Source: a virus
Lineage: Duplodnaviria; Heunggongvirae; Uroviricota; Caudoviricetes
DNA length: 64,000 bases
Direction: 5' to 3' (one strand)
Virus record (IMG/VR): IMGVR_UViG_2875697941_000001
Within the stretch, counting starts at the first letter, position 1. Every line of letters starts with the position of its first letter. A program made the position numbers and the translations under genes. Below, piece by piece: positions 43,357 to 52,827 of this stretch. The notes beneath the pieces were generated by a model, which made no database searches, was not told the DNA's origin, and saw only the letters and a list, made by a program, of their open reading frames with translations.

Positions 43357-44661
43357 ATGGCTATACATGCAACAACAATCCGTAATTTGCTCAATCAAGG
43401 TCCTATGACACCAAGACAATTGGTTGAAAGACTAGGTGTTAGCCAACCAACGATATCTAGAGCATTAAGAGATCTTGGTGATGAAATCGTTAGGATCGGA
43501 AATGGAAGATCTATTCAATATGCTTTACGAGACTCTTTTAGAGGATTCGAATCAGTCCCCATTTATCGTATAACTGAAGAGGGGTGTATTTGCGTTCTTG
43601 GTACTCTCATTCCGGTGAGGCCAGAAGGCTATGTTATGGTTGAGGAAGGGAAAAATAACAGGCATAGCGATGGGTTACCTTGGTGGTTATTTGATATGCG
43701 TCCACAAGGCTTCCTTGGAAGAGCATATGCATCAGCATATGCTCTTGAACTTAACCTTCCCTCAAATCCAGAGCAATGGTCAGATACTGACGTGATCAAA
43801 GCCTTACTTAAGCATGGGCATGATGTTGTTGGTAATTTGTTAATTGGAGAGCAAGCACGCACGCATTTTTTAGAGATGCAGCCTCCTGTTCCTGTTAATC
43901 GTGAAAGTGAATATCCTGTATTAGCTTTAGCTGCTGGTGAAGGTGATGTGCCCGGTTCATCTGCTGGAGGTGAACAACCCAAATTTTGTACTTTCACAGA
44001 GCGTGGACATGTATTAGTGAAATTCTCTGCGCCTAACGACACCCCTATAAGTGAGCGTTGGAGAGATCTCTTGTTTGCTGAACATCTCGCATTAAAAGTT
44101 CTGGGGGTAGAAACAGAAGTTTTTGATTATAACGGTCAGAGATTCTTGGAAATTCCCCGATTTGATCGTGTTGGTCAACTAGGTCGGGTAGGTGTATTCT
44201 CACTTCGTGCACTTGATGCAGAATTTGTTGGGAATGCAAGAGCAACATGGCCCTTGCTGGTTAAAGAGTTGGTAAAAAATAAGTGCGTCCATCCTGATGC
44301 GATTATTATAGCAACAAGGCTATGGTCTTTTGGTTTGCTAATAGGCAATACCGATATGCATAATGGTAACCTATCGTTTATTAGTAGCCACGGACGCCCA
44401 TATCATATTGCTCCAGCCTATGACATGTTACCTATGGGTTTTGCTCCACGCTCTGGGGGAGCAATATCTAATGAGCTTAGAAAAACAGCACTACCAGACT
44501 TTGTAAGTCGAAAAATATGGGATGAATCTCTTGAATTGGCTGAAAAATTTTATGCATTGGCCTGTGAGTCCGACAAATTCTCAGCTAACTTTACTCCATG
44601 TTTAGAAGCGCTACGCATCCACCTAGATGATTGTAAGATACGCATAGCCCGCCTGGCATAA
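43357..44661 (+). CDS. HipA-family Ser/Thr kinase with N-terminal HTH (YjjJ/HipH-like toxin-type kinase)
   Basis: HTH MTPRQLVERLGVSQPTISRAL; P-loop-like SSAGGEQPKF; catalytic GNTDMHNGNLSF (D-x-H-x-x-N); low-GC; ATG 43357 chosen over upstream in-frame ATG 43297. Confidence 0.8.
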   Translation: MAIHATTIRNLLNQGPMTPRQLVERLGVSQPTISRALRDLGDEIVRIGNGRSIQYALRDSFRGFESVPIYRITEEGCICVLGTLIPVRPEGYVMVEEGKNNRHSDGLPWWLFDMRPQGFLGRAYASAYALELNLPSNPEQWSDTDVIKALLKHGHDVVGNLLIGEQARTHFLEMQPPVPVNRESEYPVLALAAGEGDVPGSSAGGEQPKFCTFTERGHVLVKFSAPNDTPISERWRDLLFAEHLALKVLGVETEVFDYNGQRFLEIPRFDRVGQLGRVGVFSLRALDAEFVGNARATWPLLVKELVKNKCVHPDAIIIATRLWSFGLLIGNTDMHNGNLSFISSHGRPYHIAPAYDMLPMGFAPRSGGAISNELRKTALPDFVSRKIWDESLELAEKFYALACESDKFSANFTPCLEALRIHLDDCKIRIARLA

Positions 44662-44668
44662 ACAACAA

Positions 44669-44694
44669 ATCCCGCCGATTGGCGGGATTTCTTC
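44669..44694. terminator. bidirectional intrinsic terminator
   Basis: ATCCCGCC-GATT-GGCGGGAT hairpin followed by TTCTTC; on minus strand followed by TTTGTTGTTT. Confidence 0.6.
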
Positions 44695-45001
44695 AATATA
44701 CGATCTGGTCTGCATGATCACCAAAATCATCGTCGTCGTCCTCATCGCCACCATCTACTGCTGGCCAATCAACAAACCAGCCAGCGTAAAGATGCAGCGT
44801 TCGGAGAACATCACTTGCGGGAGCATCAAGGGTGTTAACGAATCCCATATAGCTATTGGGATTTGCCCCAGCTATGGCTTCAGCGATCATGTCCTCGGTA
44901 ATGTCACCGGAGATAATGCTTAAACGCCCGGAAACTTCTTCATTATCATCAAATTCGATAATGGCATCTCCGCCTAATGGCGCTGCGATTTTAATCTGCA
45001 T
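44693..45001 (-). CDS. hypothetical acidic protein
   Basis: 102-aa ORF with poly-Asp C-terminus, last gene of minus-strand dar-type operon. Confidence 0.45.
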   Translation of the reverse strand: MQIKIAAPLGGDAIIEFDDNEEVSGRLSIISGDITEDMIAEAIAGANPNSYMGFVNTLDAPASDVLRTLHLYAGWFVDWPAVDGGDEDDDDDFGDHADQIVY

Positions 45002-47978
45002 TATTTAGCTCCTTTGCCACACCTAATAACAGTTCCAGCAATCCGTCACCATTCATCAGTGATGCGGCAGCGGCCTCTTTGTCATGATACAACTGAAGAG
45101 CCATAGAGAATACTTCCGTTGCTGACGTTTTGGAAATAGTCGGTGATTTCTGCCGAATTTTCCCGGTGTTACTTACTGAGGCTGGCGGGTATACCTTCGC
45201 CATATAAATATTACTCAATCGAGATCTGAAGCACCATTCAGGCTTGCCACGCCCACCGATATTAACGAAAGATGGCTTATCCCCTTCAACATTGGCCTTC
45301 AGGAATGACCGGGCTTTCTCTAACAAACCAGGGTTACTGTACTCAAGATGATGACCCAGCTCGTGCCACAGTGCACTTGCATTTTCATCGTTCAAATTGA
45401 CAGCAACAACACCATTAAGATTTGCATATGCCCTTCCCTGGTGGTGAACCACCTTTGATAAGGTCGATATTTTCCCGCCGGTCAGGCGATAAATATCAGC
45501 AAGTTCCTTGCGCAGGTCTATCCCACCACTCTGTCCAGCGCGGGCTTCTTCCACTTCTTCCGTGATAAAAGAGTCGGCCCACTCAAGAGCTTTTTCTTCA
45601 GATACGGATGAGTTGGCTATCGCACTATTCATGGCAGATAACACTTTCTCGTGGACCGAACCCATACTTCGCTGATTCATTTGCCAGCGTGTCTGCGGGT
45701 TATATGAGAATCGCTTAAGTAGTTGGTCAAGATGCTCAAGTTCTTCTTCGCTGACATACTTTTTAGCCTCACCAATAATGCCGGGGAGAATATTGCCGTT
45801 AGGATTAAACGCTCGCGAAAGGAAGAGTTTCAGCGCCCCCATGCCCTCCGATGCTTCAATATCACCAATAACACGGTTAACAATGGCCGCACTCTTCGGA
45901 TTAGCATCCGCCAACGCTCTGGCTACGATTTGCAGGGACGATACGACCTCACGCTGCATATCAGTCCTGATCTCATCAATAAACTCTGGCGTTATGCCGT
46001 GCTCTTTAAGGATATCCCTGCCTTCCGCCGTTACCCCATCGATATCACCGACATGTTTATTAACCTGACTTTGCAATGCCTTAAATGCCTTCAGAATTCC
46101 ACGGGCATCATCAGCTTTACTAACGGCCTTCCTGAATGCTGGCAAGAAGTCAGAGTTAACCTCATTTTGTTGATCGGCCCACTGAATGGAGGCTTCTTTC
46201 ATCTCGTCCAGAGTCAGATCACCCAACGCGGTATGGTCTGTGAATATGAGCGACAACCTCTGAACCATTTCTGCCAATGGTGATGCCGAATGCGCCGCGC
46301 TAAGGAATGCTTTCACCCTGGTTGGGCGAATGGAAAACCAGTCAATAGCTGGTGGCATATCTCCGTTTTTTATCGCCTGCGCTATCTCGTCAAAGCCATC
46401 GCGCCCAAGGGAGGATGCGTGATTTAACAAGCCGCGAAGTAACGAATTGCTGATACCGAATAATCGGCACCATTTTTTCACGTCGGCAACAGGCATTCGA
46501 ACAAAATGCGCAAGCACTTGTACAAGCTGTTCATCCTGGGGATCTGTGCGGGAAAGCAGCCTGATCAGATGAATAATGTCTTTGATGCCGGATGCCCGAT
46601 GTAATAGCAAACTGGTATACGGAGCAACACCGTTGTAACTACCGCCGGAAACGGACTCGAAAAGACCGCCGGATATCCCTTGCATGCCTTCGTTTTCCAG
46701 TTCCTGAGACACCTGGCGAAGGATATCCTGTAACGACACATCACCACCGCCAAACATATCCCCCAGCGCCTGGCCCTGGTGCTGTAACTCATCATTGATA
46801 CGTTGAGCCATCAATTTAAAGGCGGTGGCCATACGCTTCGCGCTACGGTTATTCGCGACGATGAACAACGCGAGCGCTTTCACTTCCGGGGCTGTTTCGC
46901 TGAACATATCCCCCTGAGCAATAACATCGATAATATGTTGGTCTGACTCCTTCGATTGCCTTACCAGGTCTACCGCATCTTTCAATGCCGCCAGCGCCTT
47001 TTTATCGAGACTATCCGCTGTCTCAATACCATCAACAATAGTTGTCACAGCCTGCTTGTGCGCTTCTCCTGATAAAGCCTGCATCTGGACAAAATCATTG
47101 GCTGCCGCATTAAGCGCCGTCAGAACATTACGCATATCCGGATCAGGTTCTTCTGCAACCATCCTTACCAGGCGCGCATCCTTATATGCCTTGGCAAAGA
47201 TCGCGTTTTGTATACGGTCTACAAGTTGCCGTGTTGGTCGCCCATCTTCCGTTACAAGGCCAGCAGCCTGTGTGGCACCAACTTGCGTCATGAATCCGCG
47301 AATAAACGCGTCATTACTGCGGCTAAGCAGATCTCCGCTTTCTGATGGGTTAAACAGCGTCATCATCGCCGGAGTTATGCTGTCAGCATCAACAAAAGCC
47401 TTTTCACTGGCTGCCATTTCCTGAAGATCAGAAATATTTGAGTCCTTGGCAAACTGAACGCGGTCAACCTTAGTTAACCGGCGGCGCACCAGTACCGGAG
47501 CCGCCATTGATTCAACCTTTTCAGGTCGTATGCCGAATTCGGTCGCATGATCAATCAGGTACTCACGATACCGATCCGCATTGCCGTCCTGATAGGCTTT
47601 GATGATCCCCATGGTCCGTCCATTACCTGACTCAACGGCATTGTCCTCACCAATTATCGGCGCGCCATGGCTGGATAAACCGGAATCGGTAAGCTGGGCA
47701 GGACGCAAATCCTTGGATATCTGGTTGACCTGAAGAAGACTGGATGCGCGGGTCCGGTCGCGCGGCTGAAGTTCCTGGGGATAGTCAGGGTTAATTTTCC
47801 CGTCCAGAGTATTGGATACCAAAAGAGCTGAGGCATCGACGATATCAAACGCTGTTTTTACCTCGTCTCCCTTCGCTGTCACCACATACGAAACCCGCCC
47901 GTAATTGGGCAGGTTTTTTAGCAGCTCGATCAGCGTTTCTATGCTGGTGGCCATTACCACCTGATCGCTTAAGCTCAT
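44991..47978 (-). CDS. large virion-associated protein (P1 ddrB position)
   Basis: 995-aa ORF in operon with darA-like genes; C-terminal HExxH-like WHELGHHLEY motif. Confidence 0.65.
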   Translation of the reverse strand: MSLSDQVVMATSIETLIELLKNLPNYGRVSYVVTAKGDEVKTAFDIVDASALLVSNTLDGKINPDYPQELQPRDRTRASSLLQVNQISKDLRPAQLTDSGLSSHGAPIIGEDNAVESGNGRTMGIIKAYQDGNADRYREYLIDHATEFGIRPEKVESMAAPVLVRRRLTKVDRVQFAKDSNISDLQEMAASEKAFVDADSITPAMMTLFNPSESGDLLSRSNDAFIRGFMTQVGATQAAGLVTEDGRPTRQLVDRIQNAIFAKAYKDARLVRMVAEEPDPDMRNVLTALNAAANDFVQMQALSGEAHKQAVTTIVDGIETADSLDKKALAALKDAVDLVRQSKESDQHIIDVIAQGDMFSETAPEVKALALFIVANNRSAKRMATAFKLMAQRINDELQHQGQALGDMFGGGDVSLQDILRQVSQELENEGMQGISGGLFESVSGGSYNGVAPYTSLLLHRASGIKDIIHLIRLLSRTDPQDEQLVQVLAHFVRMPVADVKKWCRLFGISNSLLRGLLNHASSLGRDGFDEIAQAIKNGDMPPAIDWFSIRPTRVKAFLSAAHSASPLAEMVQRLSLIFTDHTALGDLTLDEMKEASIQWADQQNEVNSDFLPAFRKAVSKADDARGILKAFKALQSQVNKHVGDIDGVTAEGRDILKEHGITPEFIDEIRTDMQREVVSSLQIVARALADANPKSAAIVNRVIGDIEASEGMGALKLFLSRAFNPNGNILPGIIGEAKKYVSEEELEHLDQLLKRFSYNPQTRWQMNQRSMGSVHEKVLSAMNSAIANSSVSEEKALEWADSFITEEVEEARAGQSGGIDLRKELADIYRLTGGKISTLSKVVHHQGRAYANLNGVVAVNLNDENASALWHELGHHLEYSNPGLLEKARSFLKANVEGDKPSFVNIGGRGKPEWCFRSRLSNIYMAKVYPPASVSNTGKIRQKSPTISKTSATEVFSMALQLYHDKEAAAASLMNGDGLLELLLGVAKELNNAD

Positions 47979-47990
47979 CCCTGTTACGCC

Positions 47991-48356
47991 TTACTCTGCC
48001 TCTTTAATGTTGGCGGCTATCCATGCCGCCGTGTGCTGTTTAACCTGGTCCAGATCGATGTATGTGCCAACATATTGACTCAAGTCCTGCAACGTACCGA
48101 TAAATGCATCGGTGCTCTGATCGACGAATTTATCAGCCAGGAAATCAGCAACCAGTTTTGGCACACCATCATGTACCGAAGGTTGTTTTTCCTCGCCACT
48201 ACTGCCGCCGGACACACCGTACCCCATCTGTTGCATGATCTGGTCAATTTCATCGCTGATATCCAGCAACTCCATGCCACTCGCGGTAGCCGCTTTGGAC
48301 ATCAGAGCATCCAACTTATCGCTGAGATCCATTAACTCAATAGCTGATAGTGTCAT
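47991..48356 (-). CDS. small acidic protein (P1 ddrA position)
   Basis: 121-aa ORF, start overlaps upstream gene stop. Confidence 0.5.
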   Translation of the reverse strand: MTLSAIELMDLSDKLDALMSKAATASGMELLDISDEIDQIMQQMGYGVSGGSSGEEKQPSVHDGVPKLVADFLADKFVDQSTDAFIGTLQDLSQYVGTYIDLDQVKQHTAAWIAANIKEAE

Positions 48357-50272
48357 GCCGCTACCCCCGCTTTCTGGATTGCTACCAACAGATCAGCCAG
48401 GTGGCGAGCTGCGCCGTTAACCAGCTCTTCGTTTTCCTCAAAACGTCCGGCAGCCTGAAGGGCTGCAATCGCTTCCCGGACATTGCCCCGGGCGTTACGG
48501 ATCTCCGCCATGTCAGTGCTTTGTATATCCATCACGTTATTGAGATATTCAATGGCTTTATTAGCCTCTGCATCTGCTTCGCTAACCGTTTCATCAGGCT
48601 GTGCCGGGGCCGGTTCTGGCTGAGTAATCTCACCGACTTCGGCCTGCAATGCATTGATCATGCTCTGCACCATTTTCTCGGTGCCAGCGCCCCCAGGAAA
48701 CGCAATATTGGGGAAAGTTTTTTGAAACTGAGTTTTCAGCATTACGCGGAACTCGTCTGGTGAGCTGGTGGCCAGCTCCAGAGCTTTTTGTGCATATTTG
48801 CCAAACGGACCATTAGTAAGTGTCTTCGCCAGGAAGTCGAAAGAATCCTCGCGAGGCAATAACTTCAGGTCGTACTCACTCATTTGCTGATCAGAAAGCG
48901 GGGTATCGTAAGTAGCAATGCCGTAGCGTGCATATTCATAATACGGGTCACCTTCATCAGGGCGCGGCAGAATTGCTTTGTTACCTTCAGGTATTGCGCC
49001 AGGGGCCGCCGGACGCATTTGCAAGGCATATCGATATGCACCTACAGAGACTTCTGGTTCAGGCGAAGAGCTACCGGTATCCTCCGCTGGTTCAGGTTCG
49101 ACGTTTTCCGGTTTATGTTCTTCTGGTTGGACCAGATATTCCGATACATTACCCGCTTTGTAGGCTTTAAACAGCTTGCCGATCGCATCTGCCATGTCCA
49201 CACCCTGTATGGATTTAGCCTTGATCATGTACACGCTGCCATCCGAATCGGTTAACTGGATATACCCTTCGCCGTCCTCAATGAATTGCTTCATTGATGC
49301 TCCATTACTGAGCGTCACTTCCCCGTTCATATGCATACGATTTTTGATACTGGCAAGGCGATCCGTCAGCGCGCGCGAGTGCCCACCAGTCATCCCCGCT
49401 GGATCAATGGTATCGCGCCCACCTGTGCGATTGAGCTGATCAATCTCCGTCTGCAAACGCTCATTCTCTTCATAAAGAGAATCCGCTTCCGATGCAACAG
49501 CGTTAATTTTCTGCTCCAGATCTACCTTCTGCCCTTCTACCGCTGCCACCTGATCCGCGAGGTCGCTCATGGCATCCTCTTTCTGGTCACTGTCAGCCTG
49601 TAGTTGGGTTATTTCATCAACCAGGGCTTTTTTCTTCTTCTGCGCACGCTGGAATTTTGCCGAGTTTTTCTCTGCAAGGTTGGCAAGTTTCATGGTGACC
49701 TGCGCCAGCGTCATATCACGTCCACTCATCGGAGCAACGGTGTGAGTAACGTCTTTTTTATTCAGTAAGAACTGGAAAGCAACCAGCGTATCGCTATTGG
49801 TGATCCGGTTTTCCGCTGTCGGGCTATGAAACAGAATGCTGATAGTCTGACCATCACTGAGCGGAATAATGGCTGGCAGGACCGGCAGCCCGTTAACGTT
49901 ACGTGCCCGGCCAATTTCAGCACCGCCGATCGCGCGCGCGCCGCTCTGGGCCACCTCCCCCGTTTTATCACTCCCCGCAGAGATTCCGGTACCATTCAGC
50001 TTCTGGTTCAATGCCCGGACAAATGCCTGCATGGTCCGGTGTAACTGCAAACGAGTAGAACTAATCGCCTCCAGTAAATCCGTAGCACACCAGTGGATCG
50101 GCGTGTCATAGAAGAACGTAGCCTCGATTTCCTCCAGGGTGTTGGATTCCGTCATCAGATAGCGGTCCTCACCGGCCATTAATGCGCGATATTCATCATC
50201 AGTCACTGGCGGGGGAAGCACGTCAAGCCCAGGCTTGATCGTCACCCCTTTATTGATATTTAACTGTTCCAT
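48353..50272 (-). CDS. DarA-like internal head / anti-restriction protein
   Basis: 639 aa, central coiled-coil (QLQADSDQKEDAMSDLADQVAAVEGQK...); size and position match P1 DarA. Confidence 0.65.
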   Translation of the reverse strand: MEQLNINKGVTIKPGLDVLPPPVTDDEYRALMAGEDRYLMTESNTLEEIEATFFYDTPIHWCATDLLEAISSTRLQLHRTMQAFVRALNQKLNGTGISAGSDKTGEVAQSGARAIGGAEIGRARNVNGLPVLPAIIPLSDGQTISILFHSPTAENRITNSDTLVAFQFLLNKKDVTHTVAPMSGRDMTLAQVTMKLANLAEKNSAKFQRAQKKKKALVDEITQLQADSDQKEDAMSDLADQVAAVEGQKVDLEQKINAVASEADSLYEENERLQTEIDQLNRTGGRDTIDPAGMTGGHSRALTDRLASIKNRMHMNGEVTLSNGASMKQFIEDGEGYIQLTDSDGSVYMIKAKSIQGVDMADAIGKLFKAYKAGNVSEYLVQPEEHKPENVEPEPAEDTGSSSPEPEVSVGAYRYALQMRPAAPGAIPEGNKAILPRPDEGDPYYEYARYGIATYDTPLSDQQMSEYDLKLLPREDSFDFLAKTLTNGPFGKYAQKALELATSSPDEFRVMLKTQFQKTFPNIAFPGGAGTEKMVQSMINALQAEVGEITQPEPAPAQPDETVSEADAEANKAIEYLNNVMDIQSTDMAEIRNARGNVREAIAALQAAGRFEENEELVNGAARHLADLLVAIQKAGVAA

Positions 50273-50273
50273 G

Positions 50274-50885
50274 TTAATTTCCTGCTTTCAGTTGCTTAAG
50301 ACGACGTTTGAGTTCGCCATTCCGTGCCTTTTCGTTATTGAGTCGGCCCGTCTCCTTATCCAGCTTCGCCCGCAAATCAGTGATCTGCTGTTGATTGAAA
50401 GACACCGAATTCTGCGCGGACTTATAAGCGGCAACCACCTGAGCATTCCGCTGTTTTGCTTCTTGCAGGCGCTGAAAGTTGGATTTAACTGCCGGTTTCT
50501 TGTCTACCGGATTGGCAACACGCTTCGCTTTGGCGATCAGTGATTTCTGGAATTTTGCGGAGTTTTTGCGGGCCGCCTGTCCCATGACGGTACCAAGCGT
50601 CTTGATATCCGGCGACTGAGCGTTAGGAATAGCTTTTCCATTCAGTTTCACAGACGATATATCGCCAGTATCGTTTACCTGTATGGCAAGAATTTGTCCG
50701 TCGTTAAGAACCAGCTTTGCGGTTTTAACTTTAACGCCATCTTTCGTTGTTGCGCGGTTGCTGGAGTCAACCTCAATTACCGTAACACCGGTTTTATTGA
50801 TCGCCGCGATAAGGGATTTCAGCCCCTTTTCATTAACCTGGTCAAAATCGACCGTTGCATACTTATTTTTCGTCATCTGACACAT
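50274..50885 (-). CDS. Hdf-like protein (first gene of darA-type operon)
   Basis: 203-aa ORF directly upstream of DarA-like gene; basic C-terminal coiled coil. Confidence 0.55.
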   Translation of the reverse strand: MCQMTKNKYATVDFDQVNEKGLKSLIAAINKTGVTVIEVDSSNRATTKDGVKVKTAKLVLNDGQILAIQVNDTGDISSVKLNGKAIPNAQSPDIKTLGTVMGQAARKNSAKFQKSLIAKAKRVANPVDKKPAVKSNFQRLQEAKQRNAQVVAAYKSAQNSVSFNQQQITDLRAKLDKETGRLNNEKARNGELKRRLKQLKAGN

Positions 50886-51306
50886 CCTGTGCGAGATTTA
50901 TTACGTAACTTCTGCGGATTTGCTGAGTAACAGGGAAAATCCGATACAACGGGTTAATGAACGAGTCGCCATGCGTAACCATGATGTTGAAATGCCACAG
51001 TCGCTCTCCTTTACCCATATATTCAGTGGGTATGTACAACCATTCACTGTTTTCGCCCTGTTCAGCCGACGTCAGACAACGTTGTTCACCTTCAATCACT
51101 GTCGTCGGCTTCTGAACATCGCGGATCCAATATCTGACCGTTGCGCCGCGCAAAAACGGGAATTTAGACCGGTACTTGAACGGCACCCGGATGAAACCCG
51201 GTTTAATTTCCACATCACCAAGTTCTAAATGCGTGATGTCCTTGCGTTTTAGCAAATAGCGATCGGCTAAGGCTAACGCAAGAACGCATACACCCCAGCC
51301 AATCAT
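50863..51306 (-). CDS. hypothetical protein (lyd-region)
   Basis: 147-aa ORF overlapping neighbours on both sides. Confidence 0.5.
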   Translation of the reverse strand: MIGWGVCVLALALADRYLLKRKDITHLELGDVEIKPGFIRVPFKYRSKFPFLRGATVRYWIRDVQKPTTVIEGEQRCLTSAEQGENSEWLYIPTEYMGKGERLWHFNIMVTHGDSFINPLYRIFPVTQQIRRSYVINLAQDVSDDEK

Positions 51307-51632
51307 TTCCCGCCTCCCTTTTTCACCAAACTTGTAAGAACATTCAGAATGCTATCGATATTCACTCGTTTCATCCCTGAAATCACCTCATGACCGTTAT
51401 TGCTGGCTATCGTTACCATTAAGTACGTAATTGATAACTCCCAGCCCTCGTGTTGCCCCAATAGGTACGCCACCGCGCCAGCTGTCACTGCAACAAAGAT
51501 CTCCGTAACCAATCCCAACAAATTGCCAGACTGGCGACCGTCTCGGACATCCATCAGGAACGTGCCTATCCCACCAATTACTGAAAGCAGGAGCGCAATA
51601 GCAACTGGAGCTAATTCCTGTGTGTCAAGCAC
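51303..51632 (-). CDS. small membrane protein, holin-like
   Basis: 109 aa, two to three hydrophobic helices; paralogous to 51700-51981. Confidence 0.5.
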   Translation of the reverse strand: MLDTQELAPVAIALLLSVIGGIGTFLMDVRDGRQSGNLLGLVTEIFVAVTAGAVAYLLGQHEGWELSITYLMVTIASNNGHEVISGMKRVNIDSILNVLTSLVKKGGGK

Positions 51633-51699
51633 AAGTTCCCTCCTACGTTGTCAGGAGGTAATGGTATGCAAAGTAACTTCTCAACCGGTCATTTGTTGC

Positions 51700-51981
51700 T
51701 TAAGAGGCATTTCTATTGAGGTACGAATCGATAATCCTTTGTAACTTTTCAAGAATGAGCCTGTTATTGATGCTGCAAATAATAGTCACGCAATTCTGAA
51801 GACTTTCATCCATACCCTTATATTCCGCGAAATACATGCCTATAAAGCCTGCAAGTACGGCAGCAATACACTCGGCCATCAATTGCCTGTATGACGCTTC
51901 GTAACGTTTTTCACGAACCCCATTCAGAAACGAATGCACCCCGCCAAGGATGGAGAGGAGCATTATTGTGAAATCACACAT
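51700..51981 (-). CDS. small membrane protein, holin-like paralogue
   Basis: 93 aa; aligns with 51303-51632 product (LSxxGGxxxFLxxVRxxR...AxxAGxxxxYxxxxG). Confidence 0.5.
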   Translation of the reverse strand: MCDFTIMLLSILGGVHSFLNGVREKRYEASYRQLMAECIAAVLAGFIGMYFAEYKGMDESLQNCVTIICSINNRLILEKLQRIIDSYLNRNAS

Positions 51982-52108
51982 AACTATTTCCTTAATAGTG
52001 AATTAAATATCATTGGGAAACGGTATGTACTTTGTGATTTCCACACATACTGGTTTTTGTTAATTAAAATCCGCAGCTTGCTATAAATAACGATAGTGAG
52101 CAGAAAAT

Positions 52109-52410
52109 ATGCTAATAGGCTATGTACGCGTATCAACAAATGAACAAAACACTGCTTTACAACGAAACGCTCTTGAAAGCGCAGGATGTGAGCTAATTTT
52201 TGAGGACAAGGCGAGTGGAAAAAAGGCTGAACGACCAGAGTGAAAAAGGCTTTTGATAGGTAAACTCTGGTCGTATGAAAGTTAAATTTGCGTGGGTGCA
52301 GCATGCGCTCACTCTTGAGGCATGAACGGTAATCATCTGATAACTTGTAGCTCGATTATCCGGACGCACTGGAACCAGTCGATGCTTCCAGCGATCCAGA
52401 TATTTCATTA
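52109..52410 (+). pseudogene. cin: cin-type serine invertase pseudogene
   Basis: first 43 codons intact ([43 protein letters not shown], catalytic Ser in VRVST) then stop; downstream homology (KKAFDR, TLVV, KLNLRGCSMRSLLRHER) scattered over three frames; C-terminal DNA-binding half absent. Confidence 0.8.
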
Positions 52411-52416
52411 AATGGA

Positions 52417-52827
52417 CTACGCCTCCGGGAACGCTGGCCAATTGACATCTGGTGCAGTGCTGGTATCCGTTGCGGTCACCGCATCGATATAATCCAGCAC
52501 AGCGTTAAGACGGGTGGTTTCAGCCTGCGTAAGATTCCGCCCGGCCTGTAATTTCAGTTGAATAAGACTAATGGAAGCCATTGCGGTATCAATCAGCGAC
52601 TGTTTTTTCTGTTCAGCGTCAGCTACCAGTTCATCATGAGAACGTTCCGGAGTGGGTGGCGCAGTAAATCCCCCGTCTGAATACACCCAGCCGATTCCGG
52701 GCTGCTCACTGATATCAGAAATATTAATGAGCTGCTGATTATCCGGCACTGTGAATTCAGCCTCGCCATCCCAGACAATGACATTCACAACCATCCCATT
52801 TTCAATAACTGCATATGATGTATTCAT
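52417..52827 (-). CDS. tail-fibre assembly protein (U / Tfa)
   Basis: C-terminal RLNAVLDYIDAVTATDTSTAPDVNWPAFPEA matches Tfa signature; start overlaps S stop; track ORF extends to 52851. Confidence 0.8.
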   Translation of the reverse strand: MNTSYAVIENGMVVNVIVWDGEAEFTVPDNQQLINISDISEQPGIGWVYSDGGFTAPPTPERSHDELVADAEQKKQSLIDTAMASISLIQLKLQAGRNLTQAETTRLNAVLDYIDAVTATDTSTAPDVNWPAFPEA

